DNA of 64,000 bases from an uncultured Gammaproteobacteria bacterium (GTDB taxonomy: Bacteria; Pseudomonadota; Gammaproteobacteria; CAWCPV01): contig CAWCPV010000003.1 of the NCBI GenBank assembly GCA_963797555.1, positions 736,001-800,000 of the forward strand. Direction: 5' to 3'. The first letter of the stretch is position 1. Each line of letters opens with the position of its first letter. Under the pieces are notes generated by a model, which made no database searches, had not been told where the DNA came from, and was given only the letters and a program-made list of their open reading frames with translations. Both the position numbers and the translations under genes were made by a program. Positions 22,107 through 33,051 of this stretch are shown here, piece after piece.

Positions 22107-22280
22107 TGCGAGTGCCGGAGATAGCGAAGAAAATGCCGCCACAGAACCGGTGGCGGCGCTGGGCGTGCTGCGGACGTGCCGAATGGCTGTCCTGCCATTC
22201 GGTCGCTCCTCGCCTATCTGCTGGACAGGTAGCGCCCCCGCGCTCCGTGCACGCTGTTCTCGGGCGGCCCGGACGCGTCT
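22107..22280 (-). repeat. Modular MITE-like repeat, copy C (partial; overlaps the rlpA 3' end)
   Basis: gcggacgtgccgaatggctgtcctgccattcggtcgctcctcgcctatc is identical to copy E. Confidence 0.8.
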
Positions 22281-22807
22281 GCACTGGCCGCGGCCCGTGT
22301 CGGCTCGCCGACACATGTTACCTCGACCGGGGCCAGACCCAGCACCTTCAGCGCCCGCGCGGCCCCGTAAGAGAGGTCGATGAGTCGCCCCGGCCGGAAC
22401 GGCCCGCGGTCGTTCACCAGCACCTCCAGGCTGCGGCCGTTCCTCAGATTCGTCACCCGCACCCAGGTGGGCAGGGGGAGCGTGCGGTGCGCCGCCGTCA
22501 GCCGCTGGGGATCGAAACGAGTGCCCATCGCGGTACGCCGGCCGGACTCCCAACCGTACCAGGACGCCAGCCCGCGCGCCCGGTAGCCCTCGGCGCTCGT
22601 CAGCGGGTAATACGTCCGGCCGTGGACCGTATAGGGACGGTTGTAAGCGGGACGGTTGTAAGCGGGCTTCGGACCGCCCGGCTCCGCCTCGCGCGGGGGA
22701 GGCGCCGAAGCACAGCCGGCGCACAGGCAAACCAGACAGATCGGTGCCAGCAAACGCTGAACGCGCGTCGTCCGCGGCCCGCTGACCCTCCTCCACTGCG
22801 CCCGCAT
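22214..22807 (-). CDS. rlpA: Septal ring lytic transglycosylase RlpA family lipoprotein
   Basis: Lipobox-like CAGC; [44 protein letters not shown]. Confidence 0.9.
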   Translation of the reverse strand: MRAQWRRVSGPRTTRVQRLLAPICLVCLCAGCASAPPPREAEPGGPKPAYNRPAYNRPYTVHGRTYYPLTSAEGYRARGLASWYGWESGRRTAMGTRFDPQRLTAAHRTLPLPTWVRVTNLRNGRSLEVLVNDRGPFRPGRLIDLSYGAARALKVLGLAPVEVTCVGEPTRAAASADASGPPENSVHGARGRYLSSR

Positions 22808-23169
22808 GGTTGTGCCCTCCCCGGCCTGAGGCGCTCGCGTGCGGCATCTCGCGCCTGCGGTGCGGTGTCGATTTTAACGCGATATCCGTCAAAATGCTTC
22901 TAACGCCGCATTTTTGTTTACCATTCGTCATCGGTCACGGCACGACGAGCGGATCGCGCGCACCGCTGCGACTCGACGAAAAAGCCGTAGCCCACGCGGA
23001 ATCCCGCATCACCGCTTGAGCCGGGGTCGGGCAAGTCGCACTACGGTGATATGCTTCTGCTCATAGGAGGAGCATCTGCCCCAGAGCCTTCGTTGCCCCT
23101 GTCTGTCGAAAGGCAGGTGCCGCGCGACCGCCAATCATGGGGTAGACCCGGCCACTGGAGGAATCACCC

Positions 23170-23432
23170 ATGCGGAACAATTTCTTGGCAGTCGCCGTGC
23201 TCAGCACCGCGGTCGCGGCCGCCCCGGCGGCGGCCCAGCAGGGACTCTGGACCAAGGAAAACATCGGCAAGGCGGTGGGTGCCGCCGCTGGCGCGCTCCT
23301 CGGCTCCAGGATCGGAGGCGGGTCAGGCAAGCTGGCCGCGGTGACCATCGGTACCCTCGCCGGCTACTGGATCGGCGGCTAAGTGGGCCGCAGACTCAGC
23401 CAGAACGACCGCGCCGGAATCGCCCACACCTC
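23170..23432 (+). pseudogene. Glycine-zipper 2TM surface protein, with internal stop and truncated by IS110
   Basis: Signal peptide, GKAVGAAAGALLGSRIGGGSGKLAAV.IGTLAGYWIGG*VGRRLSQNDRAGIAHT, then the IS end. Confidence 0.7.
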
Positions 23433-24906
23433 TCTCAAGAAACAGAACTGTAGGCAGCCGTTTTCATGCGGCTGCTCCTATCGGGTTGATTGGGAAGCCC
23501 AGCGCAGTGGCGCGGCGCTTAAGGGCGGCGATACTGCGTTCGCGCTGGTGCTGCTCGTAGCGCTGCTGGCCCTGATCGACGAAGGTCTCGCCGCGGGTGA
23601 GCATGAAGTACACCATGCGCGCGAGCTTGTGTGCGGTGGCGGTGTTGGCGCGGGGCTTGTCCATCCGGGCGCATAGCCGACGGTAGAGCGCCCCGAGCGC
23701 CGAGTCGCTGTGCGCCAAGCTCATCGCGGCCATCTTCAGCGCCTGACGTACTCGGTTGGCCGAGCGCTGGGTGCGCGCCGACAACACCTTGGCGCCGCTG
23801 ATCTTGGTGGCCGGGCACAGTCCGAGCCAGGAGCAGAAGTGCTTGAGGCTTTCGAACCGCTCCAAGTCGGTGCCGATCTCGCTCCAGATCTTCATCACCG
23901 AGTCCAGCCCCAAGCCGTTGATGCGCGTGAGGTCGGCACCCGCCCAGTTGGCGAGGTGCTGGCGCACGTCGAACTGCGCTCGCGCCCTGCTACCGGCGCG
24001 CGGCGCTTTACCCAAATCGACGCTGACGGCTCGGCGAGCAGCGCTTGCAGCTTGAGATCGCACTCTCGAAGATGCTGCGCGATGTCCTCATACATCCCCA
24101 GCGCCTGCTTGAGCACGAACAGGTGCTCCTCGCGCCAGTTGCCCGTCAGCGCTCGCGCGATGTCTTGCTCGCTGGCCCGGATGCGCCGGCTGACGGTGCC
24201 GCGCCAGCACCCGCGCATCGCGCTGGCCGGACACAATGTCGCCGATGATCGCCTGGCCCATCACGTCGCTGATGACCTCGGTGAGCTGGATGTTCATCTG
24301 CACTAGCGCCTTTTGCATGCGCTGCACCCAACTGGCCTGCTCGGTGAGCCGCGGGTCGCAACGCTGCGCGCAGCAGCCCATGGCTCATGAGCTTTTGCAG
24401 CCACTGGCAGTCCTGCACGTCGCTCTTGCGCCCCGGCACGTACTTCACCTGCCGCGCATCAACCCGCCACACCTTCAAGCCGCGGCTCTCCAACACCTCC
24501 TACACCGGGACCCAGTACCCCCCAGTGGACTCCAGCGCCACCCCATCGACCCCGCAGGCGAGTAGCCAGTCGGCCAGGGCGTTGAGGTCATCGGTCATCG
24601 TAGCGACTTCGCGCACCGGGGCATCGCTGCGATGCGCAGGCACTGCCACCCAGTGACTCGATGCCCCTACCTCCACCGCCGCCGCGTTGGGAAAAACCTC
24701 CTCTTCTCGCTTGCGCATCGCCATGGCCTGCTCCACTATCGTTGAGGAACGGCCTCGATCTCTCAAACGGGATGCGGCTCGCGCCGCTCACCCATGTCAC
24801 CGACGATTCCCGGACCACGCTCAGAGACGAGCTCGCACCAAGGCGTCGGCTAACGCCGCGGGCTCGCACCCATGACGTGTCGGTCATCTCGGCGCTTTCA
24901 TACTCC
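23433..24906 (-). mobile_element. IS110-family element with degenerate transposase (24724..23464, several frameshifts/deletions) and ~180-bp 5' non-coding end
   Basis: RuvC-like DEDD motifs (AVEVG, ALESTGGYW, PGRKSDVQDCQWLQ) and C-terminal HFCSWLGLCP...ISG...ATAHKLARMVY; no long terminal inverted repeats; ends approximate. Confidence 0.85.
24725..24906 (-). ncRNA. Putative bridge-RNA-encoding non-coding end of the IS110
   Basis: Position and length upstream of the IS110 recombinase ATG; function inferred from family knowledge only. Confidence 0.5.
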
Positions 24907-25242
24907 CCGGCTCCTCGTCCCGGGTCTCACAGTCTGCTCCGCGGGCCTTCGGCGAAGGCGGGTGCATCCCTGCCGAGACAACGGGCTGGTCCGAGGCGCC
25001 GCTGGAGCCCCGGCCCGAGCGAGCGAGGCCCGTGTGTGCGGCAACCCGTTGCCACCGCCCACGGGGTCGACTAAAGTTAGCCGTTGAAGGGCGTGTGGAA
25101 ACGCACCTTTCAGCGCAACTGGCGCTGCGATAATGTCGTGCGCGGGTGGGTGTGTTCCTGCCTCGCCGATGTGCCGCTGCGCCAAGCCAGGGAGGGCGTC
25201 CTAATCGAGAGTTCCCGGGCATCGGGGTGAGCCGATACGACC

Positions 25243-26584
25243 ATGGCGCCGTTCTGGAAACGACGTTCTACAGCCAGCACGCCTTCGCAGTCCGAGAAGC
25301 TAATCGACAGCCACCTGGTGCGGCCCGGGGTGTTCGTGGCGCGCCTTGACCGGCCGTGGACCGAAACGCCCTTCCTGTTGCAGGGCTTCCTGGTCCGCAC
25401 ACAGGACGAGGCCAATGATCTCCCGGCAGTACTGCAAGTACGTGTACATCGATACCCAGCGCGGTGCCGACGTAGGGGATATCACCCCGCCCACGGAGCC
25501 AGAGGCGCCGGAGGTGTACGGCCACATGACCCCGGGGCGTGCCCAGGGCGACGCCGCCGCCGGACCGGCGGTGCGCCACGTAGCGGAGGAGCCGCGCCAC
25601 ATCATCGGACCCTATCCGGTCAGCATGGAGGAAGAGGTTCATCGGGCGCTCGACCTCCACAAGAACACGCAGGCGATCGTGAACAACATCCTGGAGGATG
25701 CCCGCCTTGGCAAGAGCATCGATTCTCCGGCGGCCAAGGCCGTCGTCGCAGAGCTGGCCGAGAGCATCCTGCGCAACCCTGATGCTCTGACGTTTCTCAC
25801 CCAGTTGCGCGCGAAAGGCGAGTACCTGATATTCCACTCTCTGAACGTCTGCGTCTTCTCCCTGGTTTTCGGGCGCCACCTCAATTTCTCCGTGGACGAC
25901 CTGCGAGTGTTGGGATTGGGAGGGCTGCTGCACAACGTCGGGTATGTCACGCTGCCGACCGATCTCCTCAACAAGCCGGGAGAGCTCACGCCGGAGGAAT
26001 TCCGGCAGATGAAGGGCCATGTCGAAGAGGGAATATCGATACTGCGTAAGGCCCAAGGCATTCCCGGCACCGTGCTGGAAGGCGTTCGGGACCATCACGA
26101 GCGTCTGGATGGCAGCGGCTACCCTCAGGGACTACAGGGCCAGGAAATCAGCCTCTACGGCATGGCGACCGCCATCCTCGACACCTACGACGCCTTGACC
26201 ACGGACCGGCCATGGCGACCGGGAGTGACGGCTGCGGAGGCCCTTCGACAGCTCTACCAGGGACGCGAGAAAAAATTCCATGAGGGCTTGGTGCTGCAAT
26301 TCATCCAGTGCATCGGGATCTATCCGGTCGGGAGTCTGGTGGTGCTCAGTACCGGCGATACCGGCGCCGTGGTGGCCTCCGATCCGCGTTACCGCCTACA
26401 GCCCAAGGTGCGGCTGATATTCGACCGCGACGGTCATCGCTACGATACGCCAGTGATGGTGGACCTGCTTCATCAGCAGGTTTCGGCGGGGGTCAGCCCC
26501 ATCACTATCAAGTCCGCCCTCCATCCCGCAGAATGCGGACTGAGTATGGCGGAGGTGGCGCAGCTCGCGTTGCCCCCGTCATGA
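25243..26584 (+). CDS. DUF3391 plus HD-GYP domain protein (frameshift near 25415)
   Basis: PGVFVARLDRPWTETPFLLQGF N-terminus; HSLNV, LLHNVG, HHERLDGSGYPQGL, DTYDALT.DRP, IGIYPVGSLV. Confidence 0.9.
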
Positions 26585-27363
26585 ATCGAGACGCTGGCTC
26601 AGGCGCTGCGCAAGCCGGGCGAGGCGTCTGGAGGAAAGCGAGTAAAGGCGGTCGACGGCTTCGTTGAACCGGGTTCCGGTAACGGCGCTGAAGGACCACA
26701 CGCTGGCCGGAGCACGCTGCGAACGTCACGGAACGGGAACGATGCATTCACGGAGATGTCATCCGGCGGGCGTACAAATCAGGTGTTCCTACACCCGTCG
26801 TCCCACCGCCAGCGCTTGAATGCCCAGCCCTCAATCACGCCGCCCCCCACTTGCCCGAGGCACGACAATGAAACAGGACCCAATCGGCCCTCTTCAACAC
26901 CCGACGACCAACGAGCCGGTATCCCCGGCGCATGGCTGCTGGGACCCATCGGTGTCCAGCGAATGGCAAGGTGTTCTGACGGCGCACGATCAAACGGAGC
27001 GGTACGCCGCGCTCATCACCCGGGTCGCCGCTGCTCGCATCGGAATCGCCTGCCTGGAGGCAGACGCCGTGTAGCCCGCGGAGAAGGCGCACACCGCGAC
27101 TCGGCGCGGGCCGATCCTGCCTTCAGCGTCGCGGGGCGGGGACAGGCCGTGCAGTCCGCCCGCGACCGAGCTGGGGCGGTCGGTCCAGATATGCGCGCCG
27201 GAGACGCGGGGCGGTGTTGGCAGCAACGCCGTTATCGGGACCCGCAGCAGCTCGATTTACAAGGTCTCGCTCCATCCCAGCCGTTCCGGGGTCAGCTCCT
27301 TAACCCATCGCCGCCCGGCTGTTATCATGCGCCGGTACCAGCACGAAACCAGCTCGCCGAGGC

Positions 27364-28852
27364 ATGCCCACCGCAGGTCACACCCATCACGAGCCGCTCG
27401 GGGCACCACGGCGCCTGGCGTACCGGCTCGCAGCGATCGGCATCATGTTCGCACCCTTCGCCACCACCGAGGCGTTTGCCGAAGACGGGCCCAACCTGCT
27501 CGATCTGACGGCAACGCCGCACGCCATCGCGTCCCTCGCCATTTTCGCTGTCGCCTATCTGCTGGTGATGGGAGAGGAGTTCCTGCACCTGCGCAAGTCC
27601 AAGCCCGTCATGGTCGCGGCCGGGCTCATCTGGGTGCTGGTGGCGTTGGCGTATGCCGCGCATGGCGACACGCATACGGCCGGTCAGGCGGTGCGCCACA
27701 ATCTGCTGGAATACGCGGAGCTGCTGCTGTTCCTGCTCGCGGCGATGACCTACATCAACACCATGGAGGAACGCCAGGTGTTCAGCGCCCTGCGTGCCTG
27801 GCTGGTGTCGCGCGGCCTGTCTCTGCGGGCGGTGTATTGGTCCACCGGTGTCCTGACCTTTTTCATCTCCCCCATCGCCGACAACTTGACCACGGCCCTG
27901 TTGATGGGCGCCGTAGTCACGGCGGTAGCCGCCGGCAACCGCCCTTTCATGACGCTGGCCTGCATCAATGTGGTCGTGGCCGCCAACGCGGGTGGTGCCT
28001 TCAGCCCGTTCGGCGATATTACGACCCTCATGGTCTGGCAGAAGGGCGTAGTGCATTTCCAGCAGTTCTTTGCGCTGTTCATTCCGTGCACCGTGAATTG
28101 GTTGGTCCCGGCCCTGCTCATGTCGTTCGCATTGCCCGGCGGAAAGCCGGTACAGGCGGGGCAGCAGGTCACAATCCGCCAGGGCGGCCTGGTCATCATC
28201 GGGCTGTTTCTGCTGACTATCACCCTGGCGGTCGTCTTCTACAACTTCCTGCATCTTCCCCCGGTGGTCGGCATGATGACCGGACTCGGCCTGCTGAAGT
28301 TCTACGGCTACTACCTCGAGCGCACCGACGTGCCCGGGCCCGCCGCGGAGGGCATGTCCAGCGAAGCCGGCAGCGTCGTGGCTACGACGCAGCGCTTCGA
28401 ACGTCTTCCACGGCATGCAGCGGGCGGAGTGGGACACCCTGATGTTCTTCTACGGTGTGGTGCTGTGCGTGGGCGGGCTAGGCACCCTCGGCTACCTCGC
28501 GCTGCTGTCCGAGACCTTCTACGGTCACCTGGGCCCCACTACCGCCAATGTCTTGGTGGGCCTCATCTCCGCCGTCGTCGACAACATACCCGTCATGTTC
28601 GCGGTGCTCAGCATGACGCCGGACATGTCCACGGGGAACTGGCTGTTGGTCACGCTAACCACGGGCGTGGGCGGCTCCCTGCTCTCCATCGGCTCCGCGG
28701 CCGGCGTGGCGCTCATGGGTCAAGCGCGCGGTATCTACACCTTCTTCGTCCACTTGCGCTGGAGCTGGGCTATCGCCTTGGGCTATGCGGCGAGCATCTA
28801 CGCGCACACGCTGCTCAACGCGGCTGCGATGCAATCACCGGTGGTGCCATAG
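27364..28852 (+). CDS. nhaD: NhaD-type Na+/H+ antiporter (frameshift near 28400)
   Basis: EEFLHLRKSKPV, SPIADNLTTAL, VVAANAGGAFSPFGDITTLMVWQKG, EWDTLMFFYG, SAVVDNIPV, GGSLLSIGSAAGVALMG. Confidence 0.93.
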
Positions 28853-28876
28853 GTTCGGCCGGCCCCGCATCCCCCG

Positions 28877-29662
28877 ATGATGCTCGCGTCCTATCTGGTG
28901 CTGGGCGCCATGGCCGGTCTGCTCGCGGGTCTCCTGGGTGTCGGCGGGGGCCTCATCATCGTCCCAGTGCTCGCGCTGCTGTTCTCCGTACAGGGCTTTT
29001 CGGACCAGCACCTCATGCATCTCGCCATCGGCACCTCCCTCGCGACCATCGTCGTGACCGCGCTGTCCTCGACCCTCGCACACCAGCGCCGCGGGGCGGT
29101 CCACTGGTCGGCATTTCGGGGCCTGTCACTGGGTATCTTGGTGGGCGCCGGGGCCGGGGCACTGTCGGCCGACCGTCTGTCCGGGCCCATGCTGCGCGCG
29201 CTCTTCGGAGTGTTCGAGCTGGTGGTGGCCGCTCAACTGGCGATCGACCGCGTACCGCGAGCACACCGCACCCTGCCGGGTGGCGTGGGCCTCGGAGTGA
29301 CGGGCGCGGGCATCGGCGCGGTCTCCGCGGTGCTTGGCATCGGCGGTGGAACTATGACGATGCCGTTCCTGCTTTGGTGCAACGTCCCCGTCCGCCAAGC
29401 AGTGGGCACGTCCGCCGCGTGCGGTCTGCCGATCGCTGCTGCCGGGACGCTCGGCTTCATAATCTCGGGCCACGACGCGAGCGGACTGCCCCCCGGCGCT
29501 ATCGGCTACGTATACGCGCCTGCCGTCGCGGCCATCGTCGCGGCGAGCGTGCTGGGCGCTCCGCTCGGCGCATCGCTGGCGCACAAGGTGCAACCCAGCA
29601 CGTTGAGGCGCGGGTTCGCCCTTTTCCTCGCGGCCTTGGGCGCCCGGATGCTCGTCCGATAG
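28877..29662 (+). CDS. TauE/SafE sulfite exporter family protein
   Basis: GLLGVGGGLIIVP, AIGTSLA, LGIGGG, AVGTSAACG repeats. Confidence 0.92.
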   Translation: MMLASYLVLGAMAGLLAGLLGVGGGLIIVPVLALLFSVQGFSDQHLMHLAIGTSLATIVVTALSSTLAHQRRGAVHWSAFRGLSLGILVGAGAGALSADRLSGPMLRALFGVFELVVAAQLAIDRVPRAHRTLPGGVGLGVTGAGIGAVSAVLGIGGGTMTMPFLLWCNVPVRQAVGTSAACGLPIAAAGTLGFIISGHDASGLPPGAIGYVYAPAVAAIVAASVLGAPLGASLAHKVQPSTLRRGFALFLAALGARMLVR

Positions 29663-29685
29663 CCCTGTCAGGCACCTGACAGGGC
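29662..29685. terminator. Perfect 11-bp inverted repeat between convergent genes (possible bidirectional terminator)
   Basis: gccctgtcagg-ca-cctgacagggc; no clear U-tract. Confidence 0.5.
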
Positions 29686-29711
29686 CCGCATCCACGACGC
29701 TTCAGTAGCCG

Positions 29712-30023
29712 TTAGTAGCCGTCGGAGAAAGTGGCGTCGCCCAGTGGGCGGTTGAACGTGAACTGGGCAGGCTGCGCCACGAGTGTATTCCATGCCTGCT
29801 GCGTATTACCCCCCGCCGCGCTGAACGGGAGCGAGACGACGTAGGCCACCCCACCGATGAGGGTGGCTACGAACCCCGCGGGACGCAGCACCAGCGCGTC
29901 CACGATCATTCCCACGCCGGTAGGCGCTGGATTTCCGGACATCGACTCCGAACGCGCCGTCCCGGCAGACGCCAGGGACGCTGCGATAGCCAGAGCCATC
30001 AACACACGCTTGAGAGCGCACAT
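29712..30023 (-). CDS. Conserved small exported/membrane hypothetical protein
   Basis: AGGAGG RBS, signal peptide, MIVDALVLRP.GFVATLIG..AYVVSLPFSA.GGN...LV.QP..FTF.RPLG. Confidence 0.8.
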   Translation of the reverse strand: MCALKRVLMALAIAASLASAGTARSESMSGNPAPTGVGMIVDALVLRPAGFVATLIGGVAYVVSLPFSAAGGNTQQAWNTLVAQPAQFTFNRPLGDATFSDGY

Positions 30024-30227
30024 CGTTCTCCCCTCCTATACCATCCCCATCGACCGCCCCCACTCCGAACGCGCCATGGCGTCATCGCGAAAGTGGGCAG
30101 CGCAATCATTATTTCAAAAGGGTGGCCGCGGCGCCAGATAATCGCGGGCCGTTGGCCCCGCTTGATGCCCTGCCACACCTCCGGGGGGCGGCGCCTCGAC
30201 TGCCGGCGGCTGGTATGATAGCGCCCC

Positions 30228-31550
30228 ATGCCGCGCTCCTGGTCCGCTGCCCTCGCAGTCTATCTCGACCGCCGAGTGCTCTCCATCCTGTTTCTAGGTT
30301 TCTCCAGCGGACTGCCGCTGCTGTTGGTGTATTCCACTCTTTCGGCCTGGCTGCAAGAGGCGGGCGTCTCCAAGACGACCATCGGCTTCTTCAGTTGGGC
30401 GAGCTCGGCGTACGCCCTGAAATTCCTCTGGTCTCCCCTCGTGGACCGTCTCCCCCTTCCCATCCTTACGCGGCACCTGGGGCGTCGCCGGGGCTGGATG
30501 CTCCTGGCTCAGCTTAGCGTAATCGCCGCCATCGTAGGCCTCGGCAACACCGACCCGGCGCGCGATCTCGCAACCACTGTGATCTGGGCCGTAGTGCTGG
30601 CCTTCGCGTCTGCAACACAGGACATCGTCATCGACGCCTATCGCGTGGAGATCTTGGAGCAGGCCAAGCTAGGCGCTGGGGCCGCCAACTACGTGTTCGG
30701 CTATCGAATCGCCCTGCTCGCCTCGGGAGCCGGAGCCCTGATCCTTGCCGACCGCGCCAGCTGGTTCTGGGCCTACGTCGCCATGGCTGGCCTGATGGTC
30801 GTGGGTATCATCACGGTGCTGCTCAATCCCGAACCGAGGGAGGCGATTTCCGACGACACCCAGCGGCGGGATCAGCACGTGCGCGAGTTCCTTGGTCGGC
30901 GCGGCCATCTGCCGAGACCCCTGCGCCAGGCGGGTGCCTGGCTGCATGGCGCGGTCATCGCCCCGTTCGCGGACTTCATGACGCGCCCGGCTTGGATAGT
31001 GGTGTTGCTGTTCATCGCCCTGTACAAGTATGGCGACGCTCTGCTCGGCGTGATGGCCAACCCTTTCTACCTGGAAATGGGCTTCTCCAAGACGGAGATC
31101 GGGCTGATCTCGAAGGGCTACGGGTTGGTGATGACGCTCGTGGGCACCTTCGCGGGGGGGGTGCTGGTCGCCCGTTTGGGCATCCTGCGCAGCCTGCTCC
31201 TCGGTGGAATCCTGCAGGCCGCGTCCAATCTCGTGTTCGCACTTCAAGCGTACGTGGGATACTCCGTCCCCATGTTGACCGCCACTATCAGCGTGGAGAA
31301 TTTCACCGGGGGGGTCGGGACGGCGGCCTTCGTAGCGTACCTGTCCAGCCTCTGCAACATGGCCTACACGGCGACCCAGTACGCGCTGCTGTCTTCCCTG
31401 ATGGCCTTCGCGCGCACGTTCTTCGCCTCCGGAGGCGGCTGGCTGGCCGACCACCTGAGCTGGGTCAGCTTCTTCCTGCTGACGACCGTCGCCGCTGTTC
31501 CCGGCCTGTTGTTGCTGCTGTGGATGATGCGGCGCTTCCCCGCGCGGTGA
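30228..31550 (+). CDS. ampG: AmpG family muropeptide MFS permease
   Basis: LGFSSGLPLLL, LKFLWSPLVD, GRRRGWML, SATQDIVIDAYRVE, YTATQYALLSSL. Confidence 0.95.
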   Translation: MPRSWSAALAVYLDRRVLSILFLGFSSGLPLLLVYSTLSAWLQEAGVSKTTIGFFSWASSAYALKFLWSPLVDRLPLPILTRHLGRRRGWMLLAQLSVIAAIVGLGNTDPARDLATTVIWAVVLAFASATQDIVIDAYRVEILEQAKLGAGAANYVFGYRIALLASGAGALILADRASWFWAYVAMAGLMVVGIITVLLNPEPREAISDDTQRRDQHVREFLGRRGHLPRPLRQAGAWLHGAVIAPFADFMTRPAWIVVLLFIALYKYGDALLGVMANPFYLEMGFSKTEIGLISKGYGLVMTLVGTFAGGVLVARLGILRSLLLGGILQAASNLVFALQAYVGYSVPMLTATISVENFTGGVGTAAFVAYLSSLCNMAYTATQYALLSSLMAFARTFFASGGGWLADHLSWVSFFLLTTVAAVPGLLLLLWMMRRFPAR

Positions 31551-31755
31551 GTTTCCCGAATAAATCGTCGCGGGCGGTCCGGAAGCAAGCCGCATGCGGC
31601 GCAGCAACGAGAACTATCCACTGGATAGGCGGGGAGCGACCGAAGGGCGGCACGTCCGCGGGACGCCCCGAAGGGGTTGCGCACAGGGAGGTACGCCATG
31701 ACCACCCGGTAACGGCGCTATGGGGACGCGCGGCAGATTTGCTCACTCGCTCTCA
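31547..31755 (+). repeat. Modular MITE-like repeat, copy D
   Basis: aataaatcgtcgcg...ggagcgaccg..ggcacgtccgcgggacgccccgaagggg..cagggaggtacgccatgacc...gcagatttgctcactcgctctca. Confidence 0.8.
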
Positions 31756-32121
31756 GAAGAGCCGGTTCATGGTTCGCAGCCGGTGGGTGAGCACCTTCAT
31801 GAGCTCGAGCGCAAAGAATGGGGTCTGCTGAACCATGAAGAGGAAGCGCTTCTGGTCGATGGGCACTACCTCGCAGTCGCCCCGTGCCATGGCAGTGGCG
31901 CTGCGCGCTTCTTTGTCCAGCAGCGCCATCTCCCCGAAAATCCCACCGGGCGCCACGGTCTCCACCACCTTGTCATGAATGTGGATATCCACCTCGCCGG
32001 ACCTGATCACGTACATGCAATCGCCCGGGTCACCCGCTTGGAAGATTATCTGCCCATCCTTGTATGCTATTACGTTATCGGCGTGTTGCACGAGCTTCTC
32101 GAAGCTGGCTACTGAACTCAT
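31753..32121 (-). CDS. Stand-alone cyclic-nucleotide-binding domain protein
   Basis: IIFQAGDPGDCMYVIRSGEV...FGEMALL...RSATA. Confidence 0.92.
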   Translation of the reverse strand: MSSVASFEKLVQHADNVIAYKDGQIIFQAGDPGDCMYVIRSGEVDIHIHDKVVETVAPGGIFGEMALLDKEARSATAMARGDCEVVPIDQKRFLFMVQQTPFFALELMKVLTHRLRTMNRLF

Positions 32122-32451
32122 AGGGTTGCTCCCGGCATCGTAGTGAGTGAAAGGCTAGCCTCCGCAGTACAACGTTGCAAGGGCCGGGGAGCAAACCATC
32201 GACTGGCGACTCTGCGGGGGAATCGGTATGCGTGCAACTCGCCATCAGCGAAGGCCATGAGTTGCTGAAATAGCGCCCAGCCTCGCGCCATGCTTATGAG
32301 ATACGTCAAGTGCGTCTCCCAACCCTCTGAAGTGCCGCACGCCGGTGGCACTCGCCGCGACGGACAGTGGGAAGCGCCCATGCGCTCCGGGTCCCAGGTG
32401 CGGGAGCAGGGTCTCAAAGAAGGGTCGGCGGACTTGGACCAGTGGCGCCCA

Positions 32452-33051
32452 TCAGCGGCGCAGGACTTCCCGGAGGTCGGCGACGAACCGAGAGGCAATC
32501 TTTCCCAGCGCCTGCTCGAAGGCCAAGGCAGCGTCGGTCGGCGCCGGCGTCGCGGCCGCCGCGGTCGCCTCGTACTCGCGCAGCAGCAACGGTCGTCTGC
32601 CGTTGGCTCGGTCCACCTGAAGTTCTAGCTTTACCGCGACGTGCGAGGCGTCACCGTCAACGAGCTGCTCGAAGCGCCAGATCTTCCCGCCGATCACATA
32701 GTCGGCAACGGCGGCGGGGTCGTAACGGTCCACGACCCGGGCGACGCCGGCGCTGCGGAGGTAAGCGATGAGGTAGTCGCGCAGCAGCCGTGGCGGCGGG
32801 TCCGCCCAGAAGTGGTAGTGGTACTGCTGGAGCACCCTGTGCCCGGCGTCCGTGCTATGCAGCAAGGCCCGCTCGCCGTGGATGCCATCGGAGCGCAGCT
32901 CCTCCACGGCCAGGACGGTGTTCACCGGGACCCCTGCGGCGATCTCGGGGGTCTGCAGTCGGTAGAAGCTTTCGTCCGGGACAGGGGGAGCCGCGACGCA
33001 ACCACCCAGCCCGAGCGCGATAAAGGCCGCCGCACGCGCGCTCATGATCAT
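32452..33051 (-). CDS. ABC-transport auxiliary lipoprotein (PqiC-like)
   Basis: Lipobox LGGC, FYRL, YHYHFWADPPPRLL, RFEQ. Confidence 0.85.
   Translation of the reverse strand: MIMSARAAAFIALGLGGCVAAPPVPDESFYRLQTPEIAAGVPVNTVLAVEELRSDGIHGERALLHSTDAGHRVLQQYHYHFWADPPPRLLRDYLIAYLRSAGVARVVDRYDPAAVADYVIGGKIWRFEQLVDGDASHVAVKLELQVDRANGRRPLLLREYEATAAAATPAPTDAALAFEQALGKIASRFVADLREVLRR

Noticed and set aside
26868-27074. Short ORF MKQDPIGPLQHP... upstream of nhaD
   Set aside because: No recognisable family and a weak RBS; cannot be supported as a gene from sequence alone.
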